A stretch of DNA of 62,699 nucleotides, counting the filler, from Kipferlia bialata (Eukaryota): NCBI GenBank assembly GCA_003568945.1. It is 6 parts of 6 records of this genome, joined end to end, with 100 filler letters (N's around TTAATTAATTAA, not from the genome) between each part and the next. Parts side by side here need not be neighbours in the genome. Positions count along the whole stretch, not along the records: positions 13,225 to 26,328 come from BDIP01000989.1; positions 26,429 to 39,519 come from BDIP01000990.1; 4 more parts are not named here. One strand, given 5' to 3'. The position numbers were made by a program, and so were the translations under genes. Below are positions 25,569-36,892 of this stretch, one piece after another. The first letter of the stretch is position 1; each line of letters begins with the position of its first letter. The notes beneath the pieces were generated by a model. The model had not been told where the DNA came from and did not search any database. It saw only the letters and a program-made list of their open reading frames with translations.

Positions 25569-25870
25569 ATGCTGACGTGAGTGCTGATTGACTGTACAGG
25601 CATCAATGGGGACCGGACGGGGAGGGGGGGGAGTGGGGAGGGGGCATGCAGAAAAGTATGGGCTAGAGCACGATACCAGTTATCCTACCTGCAAGTGTGG
25701 TCGGAGTCTAGGCCTGTTTGTTGGTTTGTGTCTGAGAGTAACAGTTGAAGAGGACAGCCACCGTGATTCGGAGGTACACTGCCACTAACTGTGAACCCTT
25801 CTTTTTGCCACGAAGGCAAAGAGCGCAAGACTAGAACGCAGGTTCAGAGTCTCTCTCTATCCTCTCTATC

Positions 25871-26050
25871 ATGGCTGAGGATAGTATTTCCATGGAACTG
25901 GAGGCGCAGGCAGTCATTGTTGCCAACATACAAGCCGTTATGGCCAGAGTGGGTGTGGAGGCTGGGGACCAGAGCATCTTCCAGGGCCTCTCTGCCTGCC
26001 CTGCCTTCCTGTCCATCCTGCCCTCTCTCGTGGAGGCACTGGGTACCCAG
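25871..26050 (+). CDS. First exon of a hypothetical protein, truncated at contig end
   Basis: ATG, GC-rich codon pattern, ends at a CAG|GTGAT donor; no family recognised. Confidence 0.4.
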
Positions 26051-26281
26051 GTGATCCCACATTCCCTAGTTTATGTGTATTCTGCCTACCTCACCATGTG
26101 GGTGGAGCATAGAGCGCATTCTTTTAGGTTAATCCCCCCCCCCCCTCCCACCTCATTCCTTCACCCCAAGACTCCGCCACCCGATAGTACATAGCAACTA
26201 TCCCCCCCTCTCTCTGTCTCCGCCATAACTAAATTTAAATACACCAAGTACTCAGATTGTATCTCACCAGATACTCTCTCC

Positions 26282-26328
<47 letters not shown>

Positions 26329-26372
26329 NNNNNNNNNNNNNNNNNNNNNNNNNNNNNNNNNNNNNNNNNNNN

Positions 26373-26384
26373 TTAATTAATTAA
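26373..26384. other. Artificial contig linker TTAATTAATTAA
   Basis: Identical N-flanked spacer. Confidence 0.95.
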
Positions 26385-26847
26385 NNNNNNNNNNNNNNNN
26401 NNNNNNNNNNNNNNNNNNNNNNNNNNNNAGAGAAATAGGTATGTTAAAGATGTGTGTATCCCCCCCCCCCCCCCCACACTCATACACACATCACCTACAC
26501 ATTTCTCTAACCGCTATCTCATAACATCGATACCTGTCACACGTGATACATATTCACTGCATTGTACTCCTCAATTATTCTAGTGCATCATACAGACTTT
26601 GGATACCATTCTCTCTCTCTCTCGCCCCCCCCTCCCCTCTCTGCGTTGACACTTATGTCTCCCCATTCTTGAGTATGTATGAGTATGTATGAGTATGTAT
26701 CCTCCATATCTGTATGCGAGTTATACATTCGCATTCACAAGAACAGCTTCGAAGTCCTGCCACTGCTGAAGTATATTGAGTGTTGTTCTTTGACCTAATT
26801 CACACCTGTTTCAACCGATAACAAATCAACTGTTCTGACACCAGAAT

Positions 26848-27945
26848 ATGTCTTGTCCTCTGGCAATGGAAGAGGCAGAACAGCTCGAATACGTGAGACT
26901 GGATTCGCCTCCAGACGAGACTCTCAGGGGCGCTGTGCCTTGTGGGGATGGACAACTTGTTGGCTTAGACAGCGCGAGAGATGTGTGGATCTTCAGACTT
27001 GTAGAGCTTGAAGAGGAGAGTGGTATTGCCATGGAAGAGAGGTATGTTTGTACCAGTGAGAGAGTGGCCTCCTTTCAGGCTGTCCCAGGCCGATCATGCA
27101 AGTGGCAGTTTGGGTGTGTAGGAGGGCGTGTATTCTTCTACTCGACGTCACACCGTTTCCTGGCCATATTGGCTCTTGACAACATGACTTGGACCTTTCA
27201 GCCAGGTCTGTCGTTGCCTGGGATAGGGAAGGTCGAGTGTCTGTGTGACATCAGTTATGCGATGCTGGGAGGGCACTTTGTTATCATGGGACTTATCCAC
27301 AATGCGGAGACTTTTCAGCCACGAGATGAGAGATCCATGTGGAGCCTTGACACTGACAGTGACCCTGAAGACTTGGCTTTCACTCCCATTCAATGTGTGG
27401 TCCCGGATGCCGTGAGTTTGGGCGGAGACTATGGGCAATTTGCGCCCAGTGGTGATACCGGATACGCCCTAGATGACGAGAGAAGAATATGGTCTTTCTC
27501 CCTGTCTGAGGGTTGGTCACGGCAAAGCACTAAGGGAGTCGGTGACTCGGCATATCTGTTTGAACGCTTCATCCAAGTAGGCCGATTTGTCGCTGTTGCC
27601 GAAGTGAAAGTATATGATTTGGAGGGATGTGGGTATTCTCGCCAGTGCTTCATCGCATTCGACACTATCTCTGGCACATGGAGGCTATGGGACGTCTCAC
27701 GTCCGGAGCGGTTCGACTTCCTAAACGTATTCCCTTCCATTGGAGTGTTGGCCTCCGGCAGTGGGTCGTGCTATCTAGTGCCGGTCAACATGGAGTATGA
27801 GTACCCTGACTTTTCTCTTAAGTGGGCGACAGATCCCTCTTCCACTGAGACTGGGGCATTACTAGCACCAGCTGAGTGGCTGTGGGGGGACGAATCCCTC
27901 TCACAGACAGACACTTCCCAGGATTCGGAGTCAGAATCGGACTAA
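26848..27945 (+). CDS. Intronless hypothetical beta-rich (kelch/beta-propeller-like) protein
   Basis: 365-aa ORF with W-terminated beta repeats and an acidic tail; clear paralog of 31998-33098. Confidence 0.75.
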   Translation: MSCPLAMEEAEQLEYVRLDSPPDETLRGAVPCGDGQLVGLDSARDVWIFRLVELEEESGIAMEERYVCTSERVASFQAVPGRSCKWQFGCVGGRVFFYSTSHRFLAILALDNMTWTFQPGLSLPGIGKVECLCDISYAMLGGHFVIMGLIHNAETFQPRDERSMWSLDTDSDPEDLAFTPIQCVVPDAVSLGGDYGQFAPSGDTGYALDDERRIWSFSLSEGWSRQSTKGVGDSAYLFERFIQVGRFVAVAEVKVYDLEGCGYSRQCFIAFDTISGTWRLWDVSRPERFDFLNVFPSIGVLASGSGSCYLVPVNMEYEYPDFSLKWATDPSSTETGALLAPAEWLWGDESLSQTDTSQDSESESD

Positions 27946-28475
27946 GACCCCATCTAAAACCAGTTCACAGTCTAGCGTGTGTTTGTCGGAGGATCAGTCC
28001 ACTGGACTGAGAGTACAGTAAGTGAGACTCAATCTCAGTGTCCCGGTGGTGTCGCAAGTACGGTATTAGTTGGCAGCGAATATAGACACGACAGAATCTG
28101 TTAGGAGGTTGCCATCCCAATGCATAGCCCACATTTCACAAGTAAAGAGGTCCAGTCTATTTCATACAACTCAGCCTACTATGTGATATACGGCATTCTA
28201 GTACAGTGTAATAGAGTGTGTCACAGGTATCACACTATTCAACTCCTACCACCTCCACCAAATATCTTCATCATAGCGGGGGTCAGCTTGCTCTCTGAAC
28301 AGCTGGTTCCCTGCATCTTTCAGCGAGGATGCAGTGTTTACACACATCATGCCAGGTGTCACCTGGCCCAGGTGACAAGAGTCTGAGATTCTGACTGATT
28401 GTTTTTGGCTCAATGTAACTACACCCTTTTGTGTCGGTGCAGGTTGACAAGGAGCTCCTCTTCATCTCCACAGTG

Positions 28476-29054
28476 ATGCGCGTCCTGACTCTGTGCTGCC
28501 TGGCTCTGGTCTGTGTCGCATTGGGCATGTCTGTCCCATCTAGGCACCCCGGGGTGTACTACTGGGGAGTCCCAGACTCAACTCTCAAGGTACATGTTTA
28601 GACAGTACATCCGTTGTTGAACTTAGCCTTCATCTCTCACCCCCAGCTCGAGGTCTTCGGCGATTACACCTGTGACGCCACAGCTGACTTCTGGTATGTT
28701 TTGGTATCCACGTACATTCCCCCCCCCCCCCTCCCCCTTTACCACCCACATACACATTACAATATACCTCCTCTGCTTCTGTTTGTCTCTCCGTCCCTCT
28801 TACCCCAGGCTCAATGTGGTCGAGCCCCTCATTGACCCCTCCAACCCCTATGGTCCACTTGCCATCAGCCAGTTGGCCGTGGTCTACTACCCATTCAGCC
28901 TGCCCTACCACGCTGCATCATTCTCGGCATCCAAGGTATATATTAGCTAATATATATATATATATATATACTTTCAAATATATTGGCTGGTTTATACATA
29001 CTATGTATGTACGTCTGCCCTACCACGCTGCATCATTCTCGGCATCCAAGGTAT

Positions 29055-29101
<47 letters not shown>

Positions 29102-29221
29102 CATATACATACATATGTACATATACCTACTATATATACTCTGCATCATTCTCGGCATCCAAGGTATGCATACGTGTGTTGACTTTCCTCTCTCAATATT
29201 CATGTTATAATCTTCTTTGTC

Positions 29222-29268
<47 letters not shown>

Positions 29269-29410
29269 CCTCCCCCCTCTTCCTCTTGGTCCTCAGGTAA
29301 TGACCACCCTTAACCTCATACATCCGGAAATATGCATTTTAGTATATAGCAACACTCTAGCTACTGACACCAAGGTCATGTCCACCCTTCACCACACAGA
29401 AGCACAATAT

Positions 29411-29450
<40 letters not shown>

Positions 29451-31730
29451 TTATATATTCATTTTGTCTTCTCTGACATAGGTCATGACCACCCTTGACT
29501 CCCTGAGGGTGAACTCCAGCCTCTTGAACGACAAGGAACAGCACGCAGCACACAAGTATCTCTTTGAGAACCAGGTATCCATTCTCTGTTCAAATGTGGT
29601 ATTCAAACCCCAGTACTATCAACATATCGGGAGATTGAGCTTCACCTCTCTTTCAGCGACTGTTGAGATATGTTGAAGCCATACCACACTCTGTCATTGG
29701 AGTTCAGTGTGCACTAGCATCATTTTATTGATTGTATGTGCCATACCATCTATACCATCTGTACCATCTATTTCCTATACACTCAGGCTGTGCTGTACAA
29801 TGATGCTACCCAGCATGCTGTCACTATATTACAGTATACATTAGCATGTTCGTATTAACAATGTGTCCTTTAGATACTACTTTCTACCCCGTAGGCTGTG
29901 TTGTACAATGACGCCACCCACAATGTCACTAGACCTCCCGACACCCCTCCCTCTCTCTCCCCCTCTATCTCTCTCTCCCCCCCCTCTCCCTCTCTCTCCC
30001 TTACATCCAGGCCGTGCTGTACAATGATGCCACCCACAATGTCTGTTGCATCATTATATTGATTGTATTGATCATATCATATGTCATTAACCATCTGTTT
30101 CCTCTACCTTTAGGCTGTGCTGTACAATGACGCCACCCAACAATATGTCACTCTATTACAGTTTACATTAGCATGTTCGTGTTAACAATGTGTGCTTTAG
30201 ATTCTAGTTTCTACCCCTTAGGCTGTGCTGTACAATGACGCCACCCACAATGTCACCAGAGACGACATCGAGCAGACAGTAATGGATATAGGTGAATACT
30301 ATATATGTGTATTGTATATATATTGTATATATATTGTTATATATACATGTATGTGACCAGAGACGACATCGAGCAGACGGTGATGGACATAGGTGAGTAA
30401 TATTGTGTTTGCATATATATATATATATATAAATGTATATTCATATATGTGTGTGTGTATACTGTATGTCTATTGATATATATATATATATATATATGTA
30501 TGTGACCAGAGACGACAAATTGAGGAGACGGTCATGGACATAGTTGAGTACGATACTGTACACACACACAACGACACTATAGTGTCACTCCCAGTCTATG
30601 TTTGATATGCGTATCACTCTCTCAACCCCAGTCTGTGCCACCCCTGAGATATCATATATTATATATGTGTTTGAATATATGTATATATATATCATATATC
30701 ATATATATACACACAATCTCTCACCCCCAGTCTGTGCCACCCCCGAGATATCTGACACTGTATACTATACCGTATTAAAACTACACATACTATATAAATA
30801 CTATATATGTATATATCTCACCCCCAGTCTGTGCCACCCCCGAGATATCTGAGACTGTCTGCACTGCCCTGCACAATGGCTTTGCAGACACAGAGAGTGA
30901 CACACGGAGTGTGTGGAAGGTACACATACATACATACAAATATTTATATATATATATGTGTGTGTGTGTGTCAGCTGCCGGACACTGTCAAAACCACCTA
31001 TACACACTCTGTATCCACTTTGTGGTCACTGTATGCTCTACTACTATGTGTCTGTGAGCACGATGTATCCGGTACCTACCCATTCACTATACAGCCACAT
31101 AATGTACCCTATATACCGTGTCCCTAATGTCTTACCCCCAGTACAGCTGTGAGCACGGCGTGTCTGGCACCCCCACCACCCATGTCAACGGGGTGGCATT
31201 CCAGGCACCATTCTACTGGGGAGTGGAGGTGAGCACTCCATATACTACTATATTCGTATGTATACCCTCTCTGTGTCTGTGGGGTCATCATTCTACTGGG
31301 GTATAGAGGTACTCACATATATATATATATACATCTATATACCTATCAATACTCTCTCCCTGTGTCAACGGGGTGGCATTCAAGGCGCCATTCTACTGTG
31401 GTGTGGAGGTGAGTACTCTGTATACTAGGATTACTATATACGTATGTATACCCTCTCTTTGTCTATGGGGTCGCCATCACTCTACTGGGGTGTAGAGGTG
31501 GGTACTCGTACACACACACATATAAACACATATATATATATGTGTATTTACAATATGTATACTAATTGATACCCACTATACTCTGTCGAGCTGATGGCAT
31601 TGCATTGGGGAGTTGAGATATGAGTATACTACCTTGCACATTATTGCTCTATAGATACATCACTCACATCCAGGAGTGGACCAACTTCCTGCTGGGTCTC
31701 CTGGACACACCATACTCTGTGGACTTGTAG
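28476..31730 (+). CDS. Secreted thioredoxin-fold DsbA-like protein, multi-exon
   Basis: Signal peptide MRVLTLCCLALVCVALG; LEVFGDYTCDAT (single Cys); PFSLPYH; K/YSCEHGVSGTPTTHVNG (cis-Pro GTP motif); ends PYSVDL*. Confidence 0.75.
29780..30550 (+). repeat. Echo arrays around one DsbA-like exon (4 upstream exon-start copies, 2 downstream exon-end copies)
   Basis: AG|GCYGTGYTGTACAATGAYGCYACCCA repeated; GTGACCAGAGACGAC…ATGGACATAG repeated. Confidence 0.9.
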
Positions 31731-31997
31731 GATCAATCAGGACCGAGAGAGAAGTTTCCTATCGTTGGAGACAGAATATACTTGTACTAATTTTGAATGA
31801 ATATAGTATTTGTCAACACACCATACCCTATGTACCTCAATTGTCCTCCTAGTGAATGCCACTATAAGCAAGAACTTGAAGCTCTGGTGGAGGTATTTAT
31901 AGCATATTTAACACTTCTCCCCCTTAGCCTCAAGCTGGTTGTTAGCGCTCCTACTAATTGGATTCCGATGACAGTCTATTATTCACTGTGAAGTCCC

Positions 31998-33098
31998 CTA
32001 GGCCACAAACGAGGACGAATCCGAATCAGACCCAGACTCTTCCGTGTCAGACTCATCGAGTGCAGACTCGATCCTCTGAATCTCAGAGAGTGATGGGTCC
32101 CTAGCCCACTCTTGGGAGGAGTCCGGGTACTCACACTCAGGTCTAATGTGTGGGATGTAGAGGTATGTGCCGGTTTGCAAAGAGTCGGTCAGGGCAAGTA
32201 CACCTCCATCTGGAAACACAATTTGGAGGTCGGGACAATATGAGGATGCCATACCCCAGACTCTCCACTTCCTGGTGATTGTATCGAAAGCGAAATAGCT
32301 TGGACGGTTCGATCTGTCATCTCTCCAAGAAATGTACACAGGACCAGCAGCAAGGAATCGACCCACTTGCAGGAATGTATCTGGTTGTCCAGAACAGTAC
32401 CTAGGAACCCCCTCTTGTTCTAGCTCACACCACCCATCAGCCATAGAGAACGACCACATGTGCGCCTCGCTGTCATGAATGCAGTACAGTGTATCACCAA
32501 CAACACAGTGGTGACGCACTCGTAGTCCAGTAGGTGTGTCACAGGGCACATCTCTTAGTACCCAGTCCTCTCCGTGGATATCGAAGTACCACAGAAGAGT
32601 CTTAGTCGTCCAAGTACCATAGACCCAACCGCTAATAGTTTCGGTGACTATGAGTACTAGGGCCTCTCCGACAACGGCACATGTCAAGTGTCCATCATAG
32701 TCCAACTTCTGCAAACCAACCGTTGTGCTCCACTCCATACTGTCCAGAGCTAGCGTGGCCAAACAGCCCCATCGGGCCGAGTAGAAGAAGGCAGTCTCTC
32801 GGTTACAGTCAAACACCCACTGGCGCCTGTTGAATACTTCCATCTGGGGAATACTCGGAAAGGACGCTACCTTCTCACCCTTGCACTCGTATCTCTCACT
32901 GCCTGTCTCTTCCCCACTCCCCTCTTCAATTTCGACTAGGCTGAATACCCACACAACTCCATCATCGTCTAGGCCTAGGAGTTGTCTTGCACCACAAGGT
33001 ACAGCACCATTGAGTGTATCTTTGTCACACTCGACTGATAGCCTCACGTAGTCAAATGGATCTGGCTCCATTGTTCCAGGTACATCGTCCATACCCAC
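31998..33098 (-). CDS. Intronless hypothetical beta-rich (kelch-like) protein, paralog of 26848-27945
   Basis: 366-aa ORF sharing YVRL, GAVPCG, QLxGLD, ERYxC, QVGRF, AFDTI, EYPD and an acidic tail with the plus-strand copy. Confidence 0.75.
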   Translation of the reverse strand: MGMDDVPGTMEPDPFDYVRLSVECDKDTLNGAVPCGARQLLGLDDDGVVWVFSLVEIEEGSGEETGSERYECKGEKVASFPSIPQMEVFNRRQWVFDCNRETAFFYSARWGCLATLALDSMEWSTTVGLQKLDYDGHLTCAVVGEALVLIVTETISGWVYGTWTTKTLLWYFDIHGEDWVLRDVPCDTPTGLRVRHHCVVGDTLYCIHDSEAHMWSFSMADGWCELEQEGVPRYCSGQPDTFLQVGRFLAAGPVYISWRDDRSNRPSYFAFDTITRKWRVWGMASSYCPDLQIVFPDGGVLALTDSLQTGTYLYIPHIRPECEYPDSSQEWARDPSLSEIQRIESALDESDTEESGSDSDSSSFVA

Positions 33099-34227
33099 AG
33101 TAGCAGACTAGGGGTGAGACACAAAGATGCACACATGAAATTATGTGTAGGTAAGGACAATGCTATACAATAATGTATCAGATCTGAGGGTTGGGGATGG
33201 GGGGTTGGGGATGGGGGGGGGGGGGGGGGGGGAAGAGTGGTCGGGNNNNNNNNNNNNNNNNNNNNNNNNNNNNNNNNNNNNNNNNNNNNNNNNNNNNNNN
33301 NNNNNNNNNNNNNNNNNNNNNNNNNNNNNNNNNNNNNNNNNNNNNNNNNNNNNNNNNNNNNNNNNNNNNNNNNNNNNNNNNNNNNNNNNNNNNNNNNNNN
33401 NNNNNNNNNNNNNNNNNNNNNNNNNNNNNNNNNNNNNNNNNNNNNNNNNNNNNNNNNNNNNNNNNNNNNNNNNNNNNNNNNNNNNNNNNNNNNNNNNNNN
33501 NNNNNNNNNNNNNNNNNNNNNNNNNNNNNNNNNNNNNNNNNNNNNNNNNNNNNNNNNNNNNNNNNNNNNNNNNNNNNNNNNNNNNNNNNNNNNNNNNNNN
33601 NNNNNNNNNNNNNNNNNNNNNNNNNNNNNNNNNNNNNNNNNNNNNNNNNNNNNNNNNNNNNNNNNNNNNNNNNNNNNNNNNNNNNNNNNNNNNNNNNNNN
33701 NNNNNNNNNNNNNNNNNNNNNNNNNNNNNNNNNNNNNNNNNNNNNNNNNNNNNNNNNNNNNNNNNNNNNNNNNNNNNNNNNNNNNNNNNNNNNNNNNNNN
33801 NNNNNNNNNNNNNNNNNNNNNNNNNNNNNNNNNNNNNNNNNNNNNNNNNNNNNNNNNNNNNNNNNNNNNNNNNNNNNNNNNNNNNNNNNNNNNNNNNNNN
33901 NNNNNNNNNNNNNNNNNNNNNNNNNNNNNNNNNNNNNNNNNNNNNNNNNNNNNNNNNNNNNNNNNNNNNNNNNNNNNNNNNNNNNNNNNNNNNNNNNNNN
34001 NNNNNNNNNNNNNNNNNNNNNNNNNNNNNNNNNNNNNNNNNNNNNNNNNNNNNNNNNNNNNNNNNNNNNNNNNNNNNNNNNNNNNNNNNNNNNNNNNNNN
34101 NNNNNNNNNNNNNNNNNNNCTGGCATTTCTGCATAGTGTGACCCCATTACCCCACCCCTTGTCTGTGCCCCCCCCCCCCCCCTCCTTCCCGTGCCATCTC
34201 TCACCCATGTCTGGACCTCCATTCCAG

Positions 34228-35027
34228 AGCACCTGCTCCTCTCCCTCTTCGACCTGTTTGACTCCCATCTGCAAGGGTTCCTCGACTTCACAGATGTGTT
34301 TGGACTCGTGGCCCTACTGCTGGCACAGAAGACAGGTCAGAGGCTGTCTGCTATCAGGGTTGCGTTCTCTTTCCGTATAGTGATTCATACTCCCCCTTCT
34401 TGCGTCTGACCCCCAGGCTGCCTGGTGCCGTATCTCTTCCAGCACCAGAGCCAGCTGTTCAGCACCCTGTCCCAGCACGGCACAACCCCAGACGCCACGG
34501 TGCAGGTATGGACACACAGTCACTTATGTGTATAGTGTATTGTGGTCTTTTGCATATGGCGCCACCCCCACCCCAGGCCTCCAACGTCACTGCGTTGGCC
34601 AGGGTCCTGGGTGTCAAGGCACACAGGGTGCAGGCAGTCCTCAATGACATGGGTATGCACGGCACTACCCCCAAACCCCAATCCCTCCCATTCCCCGCTA
34701 CCATGTATGCCTCTGTCCAGTCTCACCCCTCAGGTCTCAGGGGCGTGCTGGCCTTTGACGTCGCCTCCTTCAACACCATCCTCTTCACCCTATTCACAGA
34801 CTGTGACGACAGGGTTTGGGCCGCACAAGGTATACATGCACAAGAGTATCGCTCCCACATGGAGTCACCCCCCCCCCCCTTCTGATGTCAGGGCGAGCCA
34901 CCCCCTACATCCCCTTCGAGACCCTCAGGTCCCTGGGCATCAGCCACCACGCCCTGGGGTCAGAGGACTTCCGGTGACACCTGCTTTCTATGCACCCACT
35001 CTCCCTAGGGAACACACCAATCGATAG
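34228..35027 (+). CDS. EF-hand protein resembling EFCAB9; 5' end in a gap, 3' end uncertain
   Basis: Spliced LFDLFDSHLQGFLDFTDVFGLVALLLAQKT/GCLVPYLFQHQSQLFSTL…LARVLGVKAHRVQAVLNDM/GLRGVLAFDVASFNTILFTLFTD; pattern matched from memory to EFCAB9. Confidence 0.55.
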
Positions 35028-35719
35028 TGTGGCCGTGGGTAGCGACCCATTGGATGGTCAGGGGTATGCCCGGGGCCCAGCACTACAGGGATCCTGCCTG
35101 GATGTGTTTTCTATTGTATCAGGCCAAGGCACCCCTGGTCTCTGTCTGGGTACTGTCTGTAGCCACCAGTGGCACAGGGTGCATGTCCCATCTGGTCATG
35201 AGACATGTATGTGCTGTGACCCATACCTCCAGGTCAGGGAACAGGTCTGAGAGAGATGTCCTCCTATGTAGACGGAGTACCCAGGTCACATATCAGGCCA
35301 TTCGATGTGTAGAGAGAGTAAGGAGAGAGAGAGAGAGAGGGGTCCCAGGTGGTGCATGACCTAGCACTCTCTTCTAGGTGCAGGTGGTGTGGCCGCGAGC
35401 CCCCCTTTTCCATGTATTATTAATAGCCCCATTGGGCACCAAGAATATACCGTATCTGTATGTATATTTATATATGTCGATGATTTGACCCAGACCCAGA
35501 CCCAGAAGTGAGTTTCAATCATCGAATTCACGAGGTGAAATGCCTAGTCAAAAGTCCGTTTCCAAGCGATTGGGATTGCAGTGTCGGGTCTCTCCACTCT
35601 TTCACCCACATCAGCTGTGACCACTGACACCTTGATATCACCTTGATATCACCTTGGTGAGCTGTACGACACCGTCCAGCCGGTTCTCAGTCCGATAGGC
35701 ATCGGCCCCTGAAAATATC

Positions 35720-36858
35720 AGAAGAGGCCGGCACTGGGTATACCTGACCCCCATGCAATACTCCATCCAGCCGGCATGTCTCCTGGACGACATTGCCTCT
35801 GGAAAGGGGGCCCTCCACCTCCACTCATTCCTAGCCATGCTGGACAGCCCCTCAGAGACACTGGTGAGTGCAGGATACAGGTCTTAGACTAATTCGCGTG
35901 ACGGCGCACTTTCTCCATGTGCACATATTCGTATCTCTGTGCTCAAGATAAACCGTATAAGAGCTTATATCCTTACACTTGACCTCTTGGTTGCATATGA
36001 TAGCAGATACTTGAGCAAGACACCTATTTGTGTGCCTCTCAGTATATAAATATCCAAACTATCTACCGTTTTACCTCCCTCCACCTATCTCTCTATCGCT
36101 GACCACAGACTGCAGAGCGGTTGACATGTCTGGTCCTTATAGCCCAGAACACGTGCCAGGCCAAGCAGGTAGCCTGATCTGTCAATATCTGCATGGGTAT
36201 CAACTGGTAAATTGGCAGTGTGAGGTGTTTCCATTTACACTATACACGCGCCTCATCCCCAGGACACGTGCGATGCTCTGTGCGCCCATCTCAGGGCATT
36301 CTCTGCATCACTCTGCCCCTCAAGTACTGTGTCGATGCAACTCATGGAGAGGGCCCAGACGGTATGTGTCTAGAAGGGGATTGAGTGGCTGTGGCCTGAT
36401 GATTAGTCTCCCAGCCTGTATCTACCCCCTCTGACCCCAGGCCATGTGGGCTGTCGAGAGAGCAGTGCTGCCAGCCAGTGCTAGAGATGTAAGTGGTATA
36501 TATATGTGTGTATAGATACTGATGGATGTGGTACTCTCAGTCCCTGTGTGTGTCTCTCTCTCTCTCTCTCACCCCAGGACATGTGTCTTGTTGGCAAGGG
36601 CATCTGTGACAGCTGGGGGGACAACTCAGTGGTGGGTGGTATTTGTGGTATATGTGTGTATCACCCCCCCCCCCCTCCAACCTACAGTCCATGGCGTATA
36701 GCCCCACCTGCCCCCCTCCCGCCACAGACATGGTACCCAACAAGTCGTACATCCCCGACACGCCCTCCCCCTCTGTGCCTACAGTGGACAGTGAGGATGA
36801 GAGACCCTCGGCATCACCTGGCCCCTCCAGCAGGTATCCCTCTCCACTTCAATCTCTG

Positions 36859-36892
<34 letters not shown>

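Noticed and set aside
33044..34380. Long ORFs of 300-420 aa in the track (also 41751-43025)
   Set aside because: They consist mostly of X residues from N runs.
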